Positions 43,501 to 58,500 of a DNA stretch of 64,000 bases are shown here, one piece after another. The stretch's first letter is position 1. Every line of letters begins with the position of its first letter. Source of the stretch: Ruditapes philippinarum (lineage: Eukaryota); assembly GCF_026571515.1 (NCBI RefSeq), contig NW_026861124.1, forward strand, positions 62,001 to 126,000, given 5' to 3'. The notes under the pieces were generated by a model. The model saw nothing but the letters and a program-made list of their open reading frames with translations. It had not been told where the DNA came from and searched no databases. The translations under genes and the position numbers were made by a program.

Positions 43501-46500
43501 TTTTTCTGTTATCATACACTGTATTCCATTGTTTTTCCATTTTCCCTTTTCACACATAATTTACATGATTTAATCAAAAATGGTAGCAAATGATGCTTAT
43601 GTTCATATATGTTTATCTTATCTTACAGCTGGTTCAATTATCAATGACCCATGCAGTCCTGAAAATCCGTGCTCAGGAGTGCTTGTTTGTAACGTAAACA
43701 CGTCCAAATGTGCATGCCCATCTAATCTAGTGCAAATTGGAGACCAGTGCTGTAAGTTTTAAATTTGTAACTTTTTTTTGTTGTAAATTATTGTTTAAAA
43801 AAATATCTTATGCAAAGAAAAGATGTTTGTTTACTGGTGTGGAAGTATCATTTTGATATGAAAGGTTGCGTAATTTTTGATAAATTTATCTTTGAATGCA
43901 TAATGTAAGATATCTAGGTCTTAAAAAAATTTGAGATACTCAAGACTATAGTGCTTGACTGAAATCGGAAATATTATCATTGTAAAAAGATGATTTTTAT
44001 GACTACAAACGAAACTCAATCTTTGTTTTAAAGATGGAACACTGATTGGTGAAACCTGCACTACCAGTCTGGACACGTGTATTGACGACTTTGCTGAATG
44101 TAATGGGACAGTTTGTGACTGTCAAGATGGTTATGAATATAACGGAACATTTTGTCGTAAGTATATACATGTACTGTTATAGTATGAGCCGCATCACGAC
44201 AAAACCAACGTAATGCGTTTGTGACCAGCACGGATCCAGACCAGCCTGCGCATCCACGCAGTCTGATCAGGATCCATGCTGTTCGCTATCAGTTTCTGTA
44301 CTTGTAAAAGAGTTGGTAAGCGAACAGCATGGATCCTGATCAGACTGGCAGTTTTCTTATCATTATAAGCTTTATAGTGTTGGGACTACTGTTAGGTCTT
44401 ATGACCTTAATGTAGATTTTTGTTAACATATTTTTGTCAGGACAGACCATTACAGCCATTGTAAAACTTTTAAAGTAAAAAGTAAAATAATTTTCTTGTA
44501 TATGTATTTTTTTAGTTGGGACTAACCTTTGCGACCCTTGTGATCCTTTGGCATCTACGTGTAGGTCCGATCTTGTATGTAGCTCTGACACCTACAGATG
44601 TGAATGTCCAGACGATGAAGTTCAAGTCGGAGACAATTGCTGTAAATCTTATTACTATTGTATTTTTTTCCTCTCCAAAAATTTATATGAAATTTTGATT
44701 TTGAGTTTGTTTAAGACATTTTTGATTTATGACGTACATAACATATAATTTTGATACATGTTTTTCCATCTTTTTTCTAAGTTTTTTTTTTAATATGAAC
44801 CTAATTATGTTTATATAGTAGTATTAAAACATAAATTATATAAGAATGGTGAACAGTCTTTGCAAAAACATAAACTAAATGTACATTTACGGGTAGTTAT
44901 GTTTTGTCAACTACAGTGCAACCTGTGTACAACAACCCCTCTGTAGAGCAATTACCTCTTTACAACAACCAGTATCATGTATTGCTAAAGTAATAATTCA
45001 CAGTATGTTTTACCTCTTCAAAAGTAACACCTCTCAAGAACAGCCAGAATCTTTGACTGTTTAAGAGAGTTGCTCTGCAGAGGTTTTAAAATCCTGTAAC
45101 TCAATCTTTTATGGTTTTATATCATAAACATAGTACACAAATGAAGATTTGTCAATATTTTAAGTTCCAAAAAGCATTATTTGTAAAGATAATTATTACC
45201 AAATTCACATTTCATGTTAATAAAGGGAGGTAATTAGAAATATATTTTCTTTAAAGTCTAACTAAATTTATTAATAAGAAATGTTTTAATGATTACATAT
45301 TATGTGGACAAATATTTGCAGTATATAATTTAAATATTCTTGGATTTTTTTTAATTGTTTGATAAGGATAATTTTATACATATATAAAATTTCACTAAAG
45401 TGTGGTAACAACCTTAATTACAACATACAGGGTCTTTAATGTATTGTTTTAGTAACAGTCTGCATTTATATCATTACAAGATATGGTCAATATTTCAGAT
45501 GGAACACACGTGGGTGACGACTGCACAACTTCTCCGGACACATGTATTGATGATCATGCTGCGTGTAATGGCACAGTGTGCGATTGTATCAGTTGTTACT
45601 CATGGAATGGCACCAGATGCCGTAATATTCTTGACATTTTCTGACATGATCAATATATTACAATGTATTAAAGGCACATTATGCTTCAGAAACAAATAAA
45701 TTTTTACTTCAAATTCAAACATGAATTTTATAATGTTAAAATAATGGTTGTAGAGAATGTTAGATGCTTGTTACCTGAAGAAAGTAGCATAAATGTGAAA
45801 TAATTTGTCACAAAAGTAGCAAAATGTAAACAAAGTAGTATTTTGACTTCCATACAAAATACCAATTTACCATAACTGTACTTGTTTTCTAAAAAGCAAC
45901 AGATGAAAGAGATGGTTCTGGTTAATCGGCCAATGAGTAACTTTTTGTATGCTGTAAAAGTACACCAAAATTAAAAAGTTTTTGAGAAATAAAACTAAAG
46001 GCATTTCTGAGGCATAATGGGTCTTTTACGTTTTTCTGTCGTAAAAAGAAAGGACAACATGTAATTGTATTCTATTATCCAAGTTTCATATATGTGGCTA
46101 GCTTATCAGCTTAACAGTTTTACATCTAGTCACTGGAATGTATCAGTTCTGTCAATCTGAGGTTGTTGGGAATCTTCCCTATGCTTATGCCAGCCCACAA
46201 AATTATTCCTTCCTCTGAAGAAACCATTTAAAAATTGGTGATTTCTGAAGCAATGCAGATTAGTTTTTGTGTCGCCTTGAAAAGGTGACATATAGGGATT
46301 ACTTTTGTCGTCGGCGGCGTCGTTGTCGGCGTCGCCTAAAGCTTGTCCGGAGCATAACTCAGTCACTTTAAGTTGGATTGACTTCAAACTTGGTATGCAT
46401 GCTTCTTCCAATAACACGAAGTGCAGTGCACAAGAACAAGTACTCTGCACTTCTTAATTTTTCAGTTATTGCCCTTTGTAAATTTTCATACTTTAATTTT

Positions 46501-49500
46501 GTCCGGACCATTTCTCTTCAACTATAAAAGCTATGGACTTCAAACTTCATACAATGATAGATCTCATTAAGAAGAAGTGCAGTGCACAAGAATCGGTACT
46601 CTGCACTCCCTAATTTTTTAGTTATTTCCCTTTGTTAATTTTCATACTTTATTTTTGTCCGGCCATTTCTACTAATGTATAAAAGCTATGGACTTGAAAC
46701 TTCATAGGATGATAGATCTCATTAAGAAGAAGTGCAGTGCACAAGAATCGGAACTCTGCACTTCCTAATTTTTGAGTTATTTCCCTTTGTTAATTTTCAT
46801 ACTTTATTTTTGTCCGGGCCATTTCTACTAATGTATAAAAGCTATGGACTTGAAACTTCATAGGATGATAGATCTCATTAAGAAGAAGTGCAGTGCACAA
46901 GAACAAGTACTCTGCATTTCTTATTTTTTGAGTTATTGCCCTTTGTTAATTTTCATACTTTATTTTTGTCCGGGCCATTTCTCCAAAAGTATAAAAGCTA
47001 TGGACTTGAAACTTCATAGGATGATAGATCTCATTAAGAAGAAGTGCAGTGCCCAAGAACCAGTACTCTGCATTTCTTATTTTTTGAGTTATTGCCCTTT
47101 GTTAATTTTCATACTTTATTTTTGTCCAGGTCATTTTTCCTCAAGTATGAAAGCTATACACATGAAACTTCATAGGATGATAAATCTCATTAAAAAAAAT
47201 TGCAGTGTACAAGGACCGGTACTCATTTCTTATTTTTGAGTTTTTACTCTTTATATATTTTCATACTTTATTTTTGTCCAGGCCATTTCTCATAAATTAT
47301 AAAATATATGGACTTGAAACTTCATAGAATGATAGATTTTATTGATAAGGAGTGCAGTGCATAGAAACTGCTGCTCTGCACTTATCATTTTTTGAGTTAT
47401 TGCCCTTTGTTAGTTTTCGTATTTCATTTTTGTCCTGGCCATTTCTCCTAAACTATATTGTTCACAAGGCGACACATCCGACTCGCGGAGTTCTAGTTTG
47501 CTTCAAGAAATTAGTAGTGTCCCTATTAGGACTAAAATGAAAAAAATATATCCCAATTTCACAGACCCTCTCCAGCTCACTAGACCCCACAAGATTGAAA
47601 AAATGCTGCAGTCACAGAACATACAAACGATAGATGTTTTAATCATTTTATCATTCAGGCAAATATTTTTAGCTTATTCACATTCAAATTTTTCAGATGG
47701 CCAGTTGCTATGTGACTCATGTGATCCGATGTCCTCTACGTGTGATTCCAGTCTCGTCTGCAATGCAAACACATACAGATGTGAATGTCCGACTGATGAA
47801 GTGCAGATTGGTGATGATTGTTGTAAGTGTAGTATTTTGTCATGATAATCATTGATAACAAGAAAATCAATTATAACAAAGTCATTGGTAACAAGAAAAT
47901 CATTGATACCAAGAAAATCATTGATCACAAGAAAATCAATTATAACAAAGTCTTGATAACAAGAAATCATTGATAACAAGAAAATCATTGATAACAAGAA
48001 AATCAGTAGTAACAAAATCATTGATTTCAAGAAAATCATTGATTTCAAGAAAATCATTGATAACAAGAAAATCATTGATAACAAGAAATCTTTGATAACA
48101 GGAACCTCATTGATAACAAAAACATCAGTGATAACAAGAAATCATTGATAACAAGAAACCATTGATAAACAAGAAAATCATTGATAACAAGAAATCATTG
48201 ATAACAAGAAAATCTTTGATAACAAGAAATCATTGATAACAATTAATCATTGATAACAAGAAAATCATTGATTATAAGAAAATCATTGATAACAAGAAAT
48301 CATTGATAACAAGAAAATCATTGATAACAAGAAATCATTGTCACCAAAAATCATTGAATGAAAACTACCTACCCAGTATTGGTTTTTTTCAGCGGTTACA
48401 ATTAGAAACTGCAAGGCTGTTAAAATTGTGAATGCAGTCACCTATGATTGGCTGTTTGAAAGGTCATGAGAAGGTGACCTCCTATTGGTGTCATTAGTTC
48501 CTAATACGTTGTTCATTTTTTTTGTATTTCATTCCATATGTACCGTCATGTTTATGTTGAAAATGTTTACTTTTTAATTGTTTTACCATATTTATGTAGA
48601 GAATTTGATATATTTTATTTTATGTGCATATAGATGGGACACATGTTGGGGACAGGTGTACTAATGTTGTCAACACGTGTATTGATGATTATGCGCTGTG
48701 TAATGGTACAATATGTGACTGTATGGCAGGAACTACATGGAATGGTTCAATATGTGGTAAGATATAATCATATAGATAGACAATATTTGTTTGAATATTT
48801 TGCATGTATTTGTTTGTTTATGTGTAAAAATCTTCAATTTATGAAGACAAAATTGAAAATCTGGAAAAGTTTTTATTGTCACCTTAGTGCAATAACTGGT
48901 TAACTCCTATTAAATTAAGAAAGACTTAACCTATTACTGCACTAAGATGACATGTTCCATTTACGATATGTCTGTGTTATAAGCCTTAACACTTATAGCA
49001 ATACAATGCAACCTGTGTCGAACAGCCCTCTATAAACCATCTATCTCTTTACAACAACAGTATCAATTCTTCTCTAAGTGAGAATAAACTATAAATTTAA
49101 TTGCTGTAGAACAACCAGTCTTAGCAACAAAGGGTTTGGCTCTGGAAGGCTTGTGCATGTATTGACCAATGCATATTTATTACAAATTTAATTTAATGTG
49201 AACATATTTATAAAAAATATTGCTATGCATCTTTTTTTTTATATTTTCAGTTGGAAGTGACCTTTGTGACCCCTGTGACAGTTCAGATTCTACATGTGCA
49301 CCAAATTTTGTTTGTGGTTCCTCGTCAAGATGTGAATGTCCCGATGATGAAGTGCAGATAGGGGACAAATGCTGTACGTGTTGTTTTTTCCCCATTATTT
49401 TTTGCTAAGTTAATGAAATATGGTCTTGCCCTTGGGTACCATGGTACTTAATATTTTTGTAAATTTATAACAATGAAATCCCCTAACTTTCATTAACTTA

Positions 49501-52500
49501 TTTTACTGGTATAAACTGTTAAATCTTTACTTCAAAAGAAAACATATCAATCAAAGTTAAAGTCAATGATCAAAGACAATAACATTAAGTTCAATCTGTC
49601 ACATTTATAGGTGACACTAGATATGCAAATTAGCACATATGAGCCGCGTCATGACAAAACCAACGTAATGCGTTGGAGACCAGCAAGGATCCAGACCAGC
49701 CTGCTCATCAATGCAGTCTGATCAGGATCCATGCTATTCGCTATCAGTTTCTCTACTTGTTATAGGGTTTGTAAGCGAACAGCATGGATCCTGATGATCA
49801 GACTGCGCAGATGCACATTCTGGTCTGGATCCATGCTGGTCGCAAACACATTATGTTGGTTTTCTCATGACGCGGCTCATATTCAGATTACGGCCATATC
49901 AGCAAGGATGCTGTACCCACAGGGTGTAGTGTTACTAATACAATGAAGTAGAAATAGTCAATTGATATATAAAGAAGGGGAGATGGCTTGCTGGTGTAGT
50001 TGTCTGCCTCTCAATTCAAACTCATGGTTTGAGCCTTGCATGGGTCATGTGACACCAGTATTGACTAGTTTAGTTTATACATTTTTTATTTTAGCTTGAT
50101 TGTGTTTGAAGCTTTAATCTATTGAAACACTCTTGAATCCGTTCCTTTAACCAACCAGTACTAAGCAATGAATGTAAAGTTTCTTGCTCAGGGAAACAAT
50201 GGCTTGCCCCTTACAGGGTTTGAACCCACGTGGTCAGCGATCCTAAGATTACTAGTCTGGCGTGTTAACCACTCAGCCACCCGAATAACCTTCAAACTTT
50301 AAACTTCACAAAAGATAAAGTACCATTTGTTTTCCTATTTTCAGATGGGACTCGTGTTACTGAGGCATGCACCACAACTCTAAACACTTGTGTTGACTGT
50401 TTTGCTGAATGTAATGGCACTGTCTGTGATTGCAAAGATGGCTATTATTGGAACGGCACTCGCTGCAGTAGGTGTTGAGTTCAATTTGAAATGTAGTAGT
50501 GCTTATATAATATGATGGAGTATTTAATCTACATTTTGACTTGCTTAGACATTATTTAGATTGTTTGTTTTGACAATGGTGCAATTTCATTAAAACATTT
50601 ATGACTAAGTGGAGCAATTCCATTTATTCCTTACATACATAGGGTCAGGGTTATAATTGGTCTGAAGACTTTACGTGTTCAATAAACGGATTCTAATTTT
50701 TTTATTTGACTATAGAAATGAGATTTCTTGATCAATTTTAGTCTCATAATTTGTAAGTCCAAGATAAAGTCTGTCATCTTTGTTTAAAACTTTGATGTAA
50801 ATATTTATATTCCATACCTGAAGTTTTTTTTTTTTAAAATAATGTAATATAATTATATCTATATGTACATGACATAGAAAATGACTTAATACTGTTACCT
50901 AGATGGCAAAAATTATTTATGACTAAGCATTCACGTTACATTACAAATGTCATTTTTGTCATTTACAACTATCATTTTTCAGATGGGGAGAATCTCTGTG
51001 ACCCCTGTGATCCTTCAGCTCCAACGTGCAGATCAGATTTAAGATGTAGCCCAACCACATACCGATGTGAATGTTTAACAAATGAAGTTCAAATCTCGGA
51101 TGTGTGTTGTAAGTTCTTTCATACATTATCAATGACTTTTTATACAAGACTTTGTTGAAATTTCATAATTTGTTTGTTTTTGACAAATCATTCTCATATT
51201 AATTACCCTTAAACTGTCTCAGGATCTGACCTTGGTCTGCACTGTTCCCTATTCAGACTGTACTTATTTGGAAACTTTTCCCAAAGAATTGATGGAGGTT
51301 TTTACGCTAGATTGAACGATGGATAAGCCTATTTACAATGGTAGTGGTTAAATGATAAAAAAATATTTTGTGATCAATTACCAAACTAATTTCTTTGAAG
51401 CAGACGCAGTTAGAAAAATTGTATTTGCATTTAAAAATAGATCGCAGAAAGCTATGCCCTGGTCATTTTACTAGACTGCAGTTTAAATTGTTACAAGATG
51501 GTTTATGATTATTTTCTGTATTACTGTATATTCTTTGACCAGACGGAACCCATGTCACAGAATCATGCACAACAACAACAGACACATGCACAGATGATTA
51601 TGCTGTCTGTAACGGTACTATTTGTAACTGTATAGAAGGGTTCTATTGGAATGGTTCATTATGCGGTAAGTTATTGTAGTCATAGAATATTATTTTGTTT
51701 CTACATATTCCGTTACTTGATTTTTTATATCATTTTAGTAATGGAGTAAAAAAGGATCACAATTAAACACAAACTTAACAGCATTATGTTTATCTTGTAC
51801 AGAATGTTAGAATTATTTTGCCCACGTAACTAGACAAGACAGAAATACATGATTATTATTAGTTTTACAGGTGGTATTGAGCCTAGATGTCAGAGTTAAG
51901 ATTATTTTATCCATGTATATTTTGATGACCCAGACCTTTTCATACCTATTATGGAGGTGAATAAATGGGGTTACTCAGTTACAATGGGGCCTCAAAAAAA
52001 TGTATATTTTTACAGTTGGAGAACAGTTGTGTGAGCCATGTGACCCATCTGATTCAACATGTGTCAGCCCACTGGTTTGTAGTTCAACTAACGACAGATG
52101 TGAATGTCCACCAGGTTTTGTACAGTACCAATCAGCGTGCTGTAAGTATTTACTTCCAAAACTTTAGAAACTTATCTTAGTTCAGTGTAGATTCGAATCA
52201 GTGAGTGGTTCCATAAATGGAACTTGCGTTGATGTGCTGTTTTCTTTCCTTAGATTTTAAATTTTAATAAATAAGCAATTTACAGTATTTATATTTTGCC
52301 CTTTATATAATAAAATATATTAATTTCACTGAATGAAGGTGGTGTCAGTGTATATCAGTTCTTGTCTATGATACTCAGAATTACCAACTTCTGCTCTTAA
52401 GCATTGTTGTTGCTTTGAATACATGTTTAAATATATTTAACAGATTAATTATATACATGTACCTGAATTTAAGCCTTTTTCTTGAAATACGGTCACTTTT

Positions 52501-55500
52501 ATCTGAAGAAACAAAAACATGATGGACAATTGTTTTTTGTGTTTCCCTCTCACAAAATTATGATATTGTATGTAACAATGATATAAGATGGTGTTTTATT
52601 TTCAAGATGGGAGAAATATTGGAGAGAGTTGTACGACCTTGCTCGATACATGTATAGATGATAATGCTGCGTGTAATGGTACAATCTGCAACTGTGTGGC
52701 CGGATTTTACTTCAATGGAACAATATGTGGTAAGGAGTCATAAGAATTGAATTTCCAATATTAAAGTATCTTTAACTATATGGGGAGTTGGGGGTGCATA
52801 GGATGGTTGCGCAGATTTTCATTTGTCCATTTGTCTGGCTAATGTCAGGCTGTCCCACTGACATGCCTTTTGTCTTTAGAGTGATGGGACAGTGGAATCC
52901 TCTATGAACACAGTTCTAGTTTTTGAAATATTTTTGTTATTTTGGTTTTTGTAATTATCTCCATTCCACAATTTTCTTGTCAAAAACTGTGCAAAGAATG
53001 AAATTTAAACATAAAATATTGATAGAAGTACGAGAAATTCAAAGTTTTGTAAATCATCTACCTAATTATAAATCCACATATATTTTTCTTCAGTGGGGAC
53101 ACAGTTATGTGACCAATGTGATTCTTCAGTAATAAGCTGTAGTGGTGACTTACAATGTAGTTCCGACACATACAGATGTGAGTGTCCGTCCGACGAGGTC
53201 CAGATAGGGGACGATTGTTGTAAGAACTGTTTTATATTCAGTTGATTTATATCGTAATATCTATTGATTTTCAGTTATTCATTCTTATTAGTTTTAGAAT
53301 TTTTTTGATAGGTTATATAACCCACTATAAACAGTTATAATCTTGTATAACCAAAGCCTTTGGGTTATATAGCAACCATTTATACAAAGATCATATACTG
53401 CAAAATCATTGTTATTCTTGGGGTGCTCATTTTTTTGGCTTTGACATTGATAGGTCAATCAGAATTTTAAAATCCAATGAAATTTCATTTTGTCTGTTAT
53501 AAGATAATTTCGCATCACATTATTTATTACATTTTACCTTTTGTGAAAATAGACAGACCACAAATTAAAGATCCCACAAAAATGTTCTTAATGACAAAGC
53601 CATGAAATTTCATGGCCACAAAAATTCAAAATTTTAAATGAGATCAAAGTAACTTGTAAAAAAATCCTTTTATGTGAAGTAAAGATAAAAGGTCAATTTT
53701 AAATGAATTTCTATTTTTAGATGGAACACATGTTGGTGATGATTGTACCACTAATACTGACACGTGTATAGATGACTATGCTGTATGTAATGGCACTGTG
53801 TGCAACTGTATGGCAGGATATTCATGGAATGGCACCAGATGCGGTAAGTTTTTAGGGAACACGCTTTCTATTACTTGGAAACCATATGCAGCTTTTCATG
53901 GAATGGCACAGAAGTGTCACATTGAAGGTTTTATGAAAACCACTGTATGAACACATCTGCGGATGATTCTCAATTAAAAATTTAACAAATTTCATTTTTA
54001 AATGTTGAATTCTGCTTAAGCCAGTGCTAGGGGGGCGTGGACGGTAGTTTGCACTTGACAGTACCATCCATGAACAGGCCCAATCAAACTGAGCCTGCGA
54101 CATTTCAATTTTGCCATTTTGAACTTTCTTTAGGGATTCTTATTTTCTCTATTTAATAATTTCACAGGGGGTTGGTGGCATATAGATTTGCCCTTGTCTG
54201 TTTGTGGCACTGTCACATCTGTAGACTGACAAAACAGTTGAATGTTAGGCACCTCTGTTATATTGAGTCATTTATAGTTATTTTATACATACATAAGAAA
54301 AAAATATGTAAGGTATATAGACATTTAAGAAAAATGATTAATGCAGTGTAATAATAATGCACATTTTCAATCACAAATTTTGCAATAACAAATGTGATAA
54401 ATTATGTAACTTACACTACTACATGTAAGTTTAAGACAGTTTGACACATAAACACATCATGATCATGTTTGTTTTAGCACTTTTTTTCCAGATATTCTTT
54501 TTATTGATCATTCAAAATCCAATTGGTAATAAATTCTAAATCTTCTTTGAAAATGAATTTTTAATTTGTGTTCTTTTTCTTTTGCAAAAGTGGGCTCCAA
54601 TCTATGTGATCCGTGCGACCCTGCATCATCTACGTGTGACTCCGACCTTCAATGTAGCACATGCACATACAGATGTGAATGTCCAGATGGCTTTGTTCAG
54701 AACTCTGATATTTGCTGTATGTATATATAATTATATTAATTTCCAACAGACAATAGTATGTCGGTCGCAATTTTCTGCCCACCGTTCAAAGTATCCACAA
54801 TGACAAAGTCGAAAGTGCAAAAATTGCTTGAGCTGTACTGTATTTTTATATTAATATGAAGTAAACTCCACTTATAATGGCAATCAGATGTCTGCCAAAT
54901 TTATGTTATTAGAGGGACAGTCATTAATGCTAAAAGCCGAATAGACTGCTTATTAACAACTTTGAAGGTTTTAAAGGAGAAAAATTGCACAACAGGCAGG
55001 AAAAACACATTGCTAAGTCTAAAATAATGCAAATACCACAATATCTAATATCTTTACATTCAAGTGGAGTGTAAACTTATGAAATAAAAAAGTCTGAGTC
55101 AGAATTGTGGAAATATAAATGTAGCTTCATTATAAGAGACATAGTTATAAATTGAGTGTACTACATCATCAATATCTGATGTGAATTTCTGATATGTAAA
55201 TAAAATCTCTAATTTGCCATATGTAATAAACACTAAAGAATGATGCAGCAGACGACACACAATACCACTGTTGACATTGCTCAATGACATAAATCACTTC
55301 CCTTTTTTTCTCTGAATATATTTGTATGTATGATAAATGCTGCTGAAGGAGGCCGCAAGCTATGCCATTCAAGTCAGCGATTTTTATTTCTGATACATGT
55401 ACATGTATGTCTATATATTTACTGTATGAATATAAAAACTGTTGAAAGAAAACTTGTGACTCTTGAAAATTGTAAGAAGTGTTATTGTAACTGATTATTT

Positions 55501-58500
55501 TATCCTTCTACGAAAAATTAGCTAAGGATATAGTTATTTTTGTTTTGAAATGCAGATGGTACACGTGTAACAGAAGGTTGTACAACCAGTCTTGATACTT
55601 GCATTGACGATAATGCTGGGTGCAATGGTACAGTGTGTGACTGTAACGATGGCTATTCCTGGAATGGAACTACATGTGGTAACCTATTATTTTATTAACT
55701 TGCATTTTACATGCAACTATTAAAAAACTTAACCTTTTGCTTTCTACTTTTTGTAGAGTACAGCTTGTGAACAAATTTAACAATTTTATAATGTTTAAAG
55801 CTACGTAACAGGTACGGAATAGTGATCATATATATGTGACATTAATTGATGCCTGATATATGAGAAAGTCACTTTGTTTTGTATGTAAACATTAGTAGTT
55901 TTGAAATAAAATTATATAAACCAGAAACATTGTATTGTACATATCTTTACGTAGTATTACCCTAGCTGATATTTACCTTATTTCTCAGTTGGGACCGATT
56001 TATGTGACCCATGTGACCCGTCGGCATCAACCTGTGCAGCGCCGTTAGTTTGTGGTTCTACAACAGAGGTCTGTGAATGCCCTTCAAATCTAGTACAGAT
56101 TGGAAATAATTGCTGTAAGTATCGCACTGTTTTCTTTATGTATCAATTTAAGATATTTTACATTTGATATTTTACATTCTCCTGATCAATAGAGAAATCA
56201 TTGGATTTGATATCCAAGGTTCGTTGGTTCAAAAATTCTCCATGACAGGGGAACTTATTAACTTTTAAGTCTCAGAAGTCATGTGCAGTTATTTTTATAG
56301 TCAGTCTCTTCCAGAGAAATTGGTAATTACTGGTTAGTTATCCAGGAATGTGACGAAACCAGCTCGATTGACCCAAAATTTGTCAAAGTCAGCATATAAA
56401 AACAAAAAAAAAATAAACAAAACATTACATAGAATGTGCCTTATTTACTTATGTAAATAACAACCTCCTTAGACTTACCCTTTCACTGCAATATGGACAG
56501 CTTTTGCCGTTTCTATAATAATTGTAATAATAATAATAAATTAATAATTATAATAAAAATAATAATAAATATAAAGAAAATTATACCATCGACAATAATT
56601 ATTATTATACTAGCGTATTTGGAAACATATATAATTATTATAATAGTAATAAGAAATAATAATAATAATATAGTAATTTCTTAGAAAACCCTCTGGCAAA
56701 ATGGTGATCAATAATACAATAACACTCTTACATTGTGCAATTAGAACAGACCTTAATTCCAGTGATATTGAAGCAATATGGATAGAAATGAAGCTTGTAA
56801 AACAAAAACCTTTTATTATAGGATATATCTATAGGCCCCCTTCATCACTTAATTCATGGATTGAAGAAATTGAAAAAGTATTAGAAACCTTATACATTGA
56901 AAACAAAGAAATTATTCTCTTTGGCGATTTTAACTACAATTTTATTAACTCTATTTCAATTAATTCAAAATGGAATAATACAATTAGTACATTCAATTTA
57001 AATCAACTTATAACACAACCTACTAGAGTCACACAAACATCCTCAACTATCATTGACCATCTCTACACAAATCAGCCTCAAAATATATGTGATATTAAGA
57101 TCCCAATTCTTTCAATAAGTGACCATTTCCCCATTGTTTTTACCCGTAAAACAAAGGAAAAAATTAAAAATGGCCCATTACATCTTACTATCAATTATAG
57201 ATATTTAAAGCAATTTAATGCAGAACATTTTTTAGCTGATCTAAGTAATCAACCATGGACATTGATTGATGTATTTACTGAACCAGATGATGCTCTTGAC
57301 ACATTTTATGACTTATTTTTAAAAGTTCTTGATTCACATGCACCATATAGACAAAAACGAGTAAAACACAAAAACCAGAATGAATGGTTCACAGATGAAA
57401 TAGCCAATGCAATTCATATGAGAGATTATGCAAAAAAGAAAAGAAAACAGAAGAATTCAAATACTGGAGATCACAAGTTAAAATACTATCACATCAATCA
57501 AAAAAAGACTTCTTTAATCAAGAAATAAATTCACAGAATAAAAATCCTAAAAAATTATGGAAGAACCTAAAAGCACTATCTGGCAAAACTCACAACTTCC
57601 AAACAAACTATATAAATGATGACAATGGAAATCCAGTCTCTGACCCAAAAGAAACTGCAGAAATATTCAATACTTTCTTTTCAAATGTATTTAAAAAAAT
57701 CAGGAAATATTTCAGCACTGAATAAAGCAAATGAATCTATTTTAAAAGAAATGTTAGAAGGTAAAGTTAACTTAGATGTTCCAGAATTTGTGATACCACC
57801 AATTGAACCGGATCATGTTAAAAAAAACATTAGACTCACTTGATGTCAAAAAGGCCACTGGGCTCGATGGAATCAGTGGTAGATTTCTAAAAACTGCATC
57901 TTCTGTAATATATAGACCTTTATCAACTATTATCAATTTAAGTATTCAAACAGGAAAGTTTCCTACCAAATTAAAACAATCAAAAGTTACACCCATTTTT
58001 AAAAAAAAGGACAAAATTCTGATAAAAATAATTACCGACCAATATCTGTACTTCCACTCATTTCTAAAATATTTGAAAAGCATGTATCTGATCATCTAAA
58101 ACAATTTCTAGAAACTCATAAGTTTATTTTTAAGGCCCAGTCAGGATTCAGAACCAAGCACTCTTGTGAAACAGCATTAACAAACATAGTTGACAATTGG
58201 ATAAATGCAATAAATAATGGAGAACTAGTTGGCACAATTTTTCTTGACCTAACCAAAGCATTTGACCTTGTAAACCATAAAATTCTTATTCAGAAACTGC
58301 ATTATTACCATTGTTCTTATCATACAATTAAATGGTTTTCATCATATCTTGCAAACAGAACACAGAAAGTCAGTGTATCAGGTAAACTGTCAGAATCTGC
58401 AGAAGTTATATCAGGTGTTCCCCAAGGATCTGTCCTTGGGCCCCTGCTTTTCATTATATACATCAATGATCTCCCACTTCATTTAGAGACCTCAGAAATA

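Noticed and set aside
12526-47239. Repeated ORFs such as MKLTILIYSNK... and MDLKLHRMIDL...
   Set aside because: Chance frames within HINE internal tandem repeats; no protein motifs.
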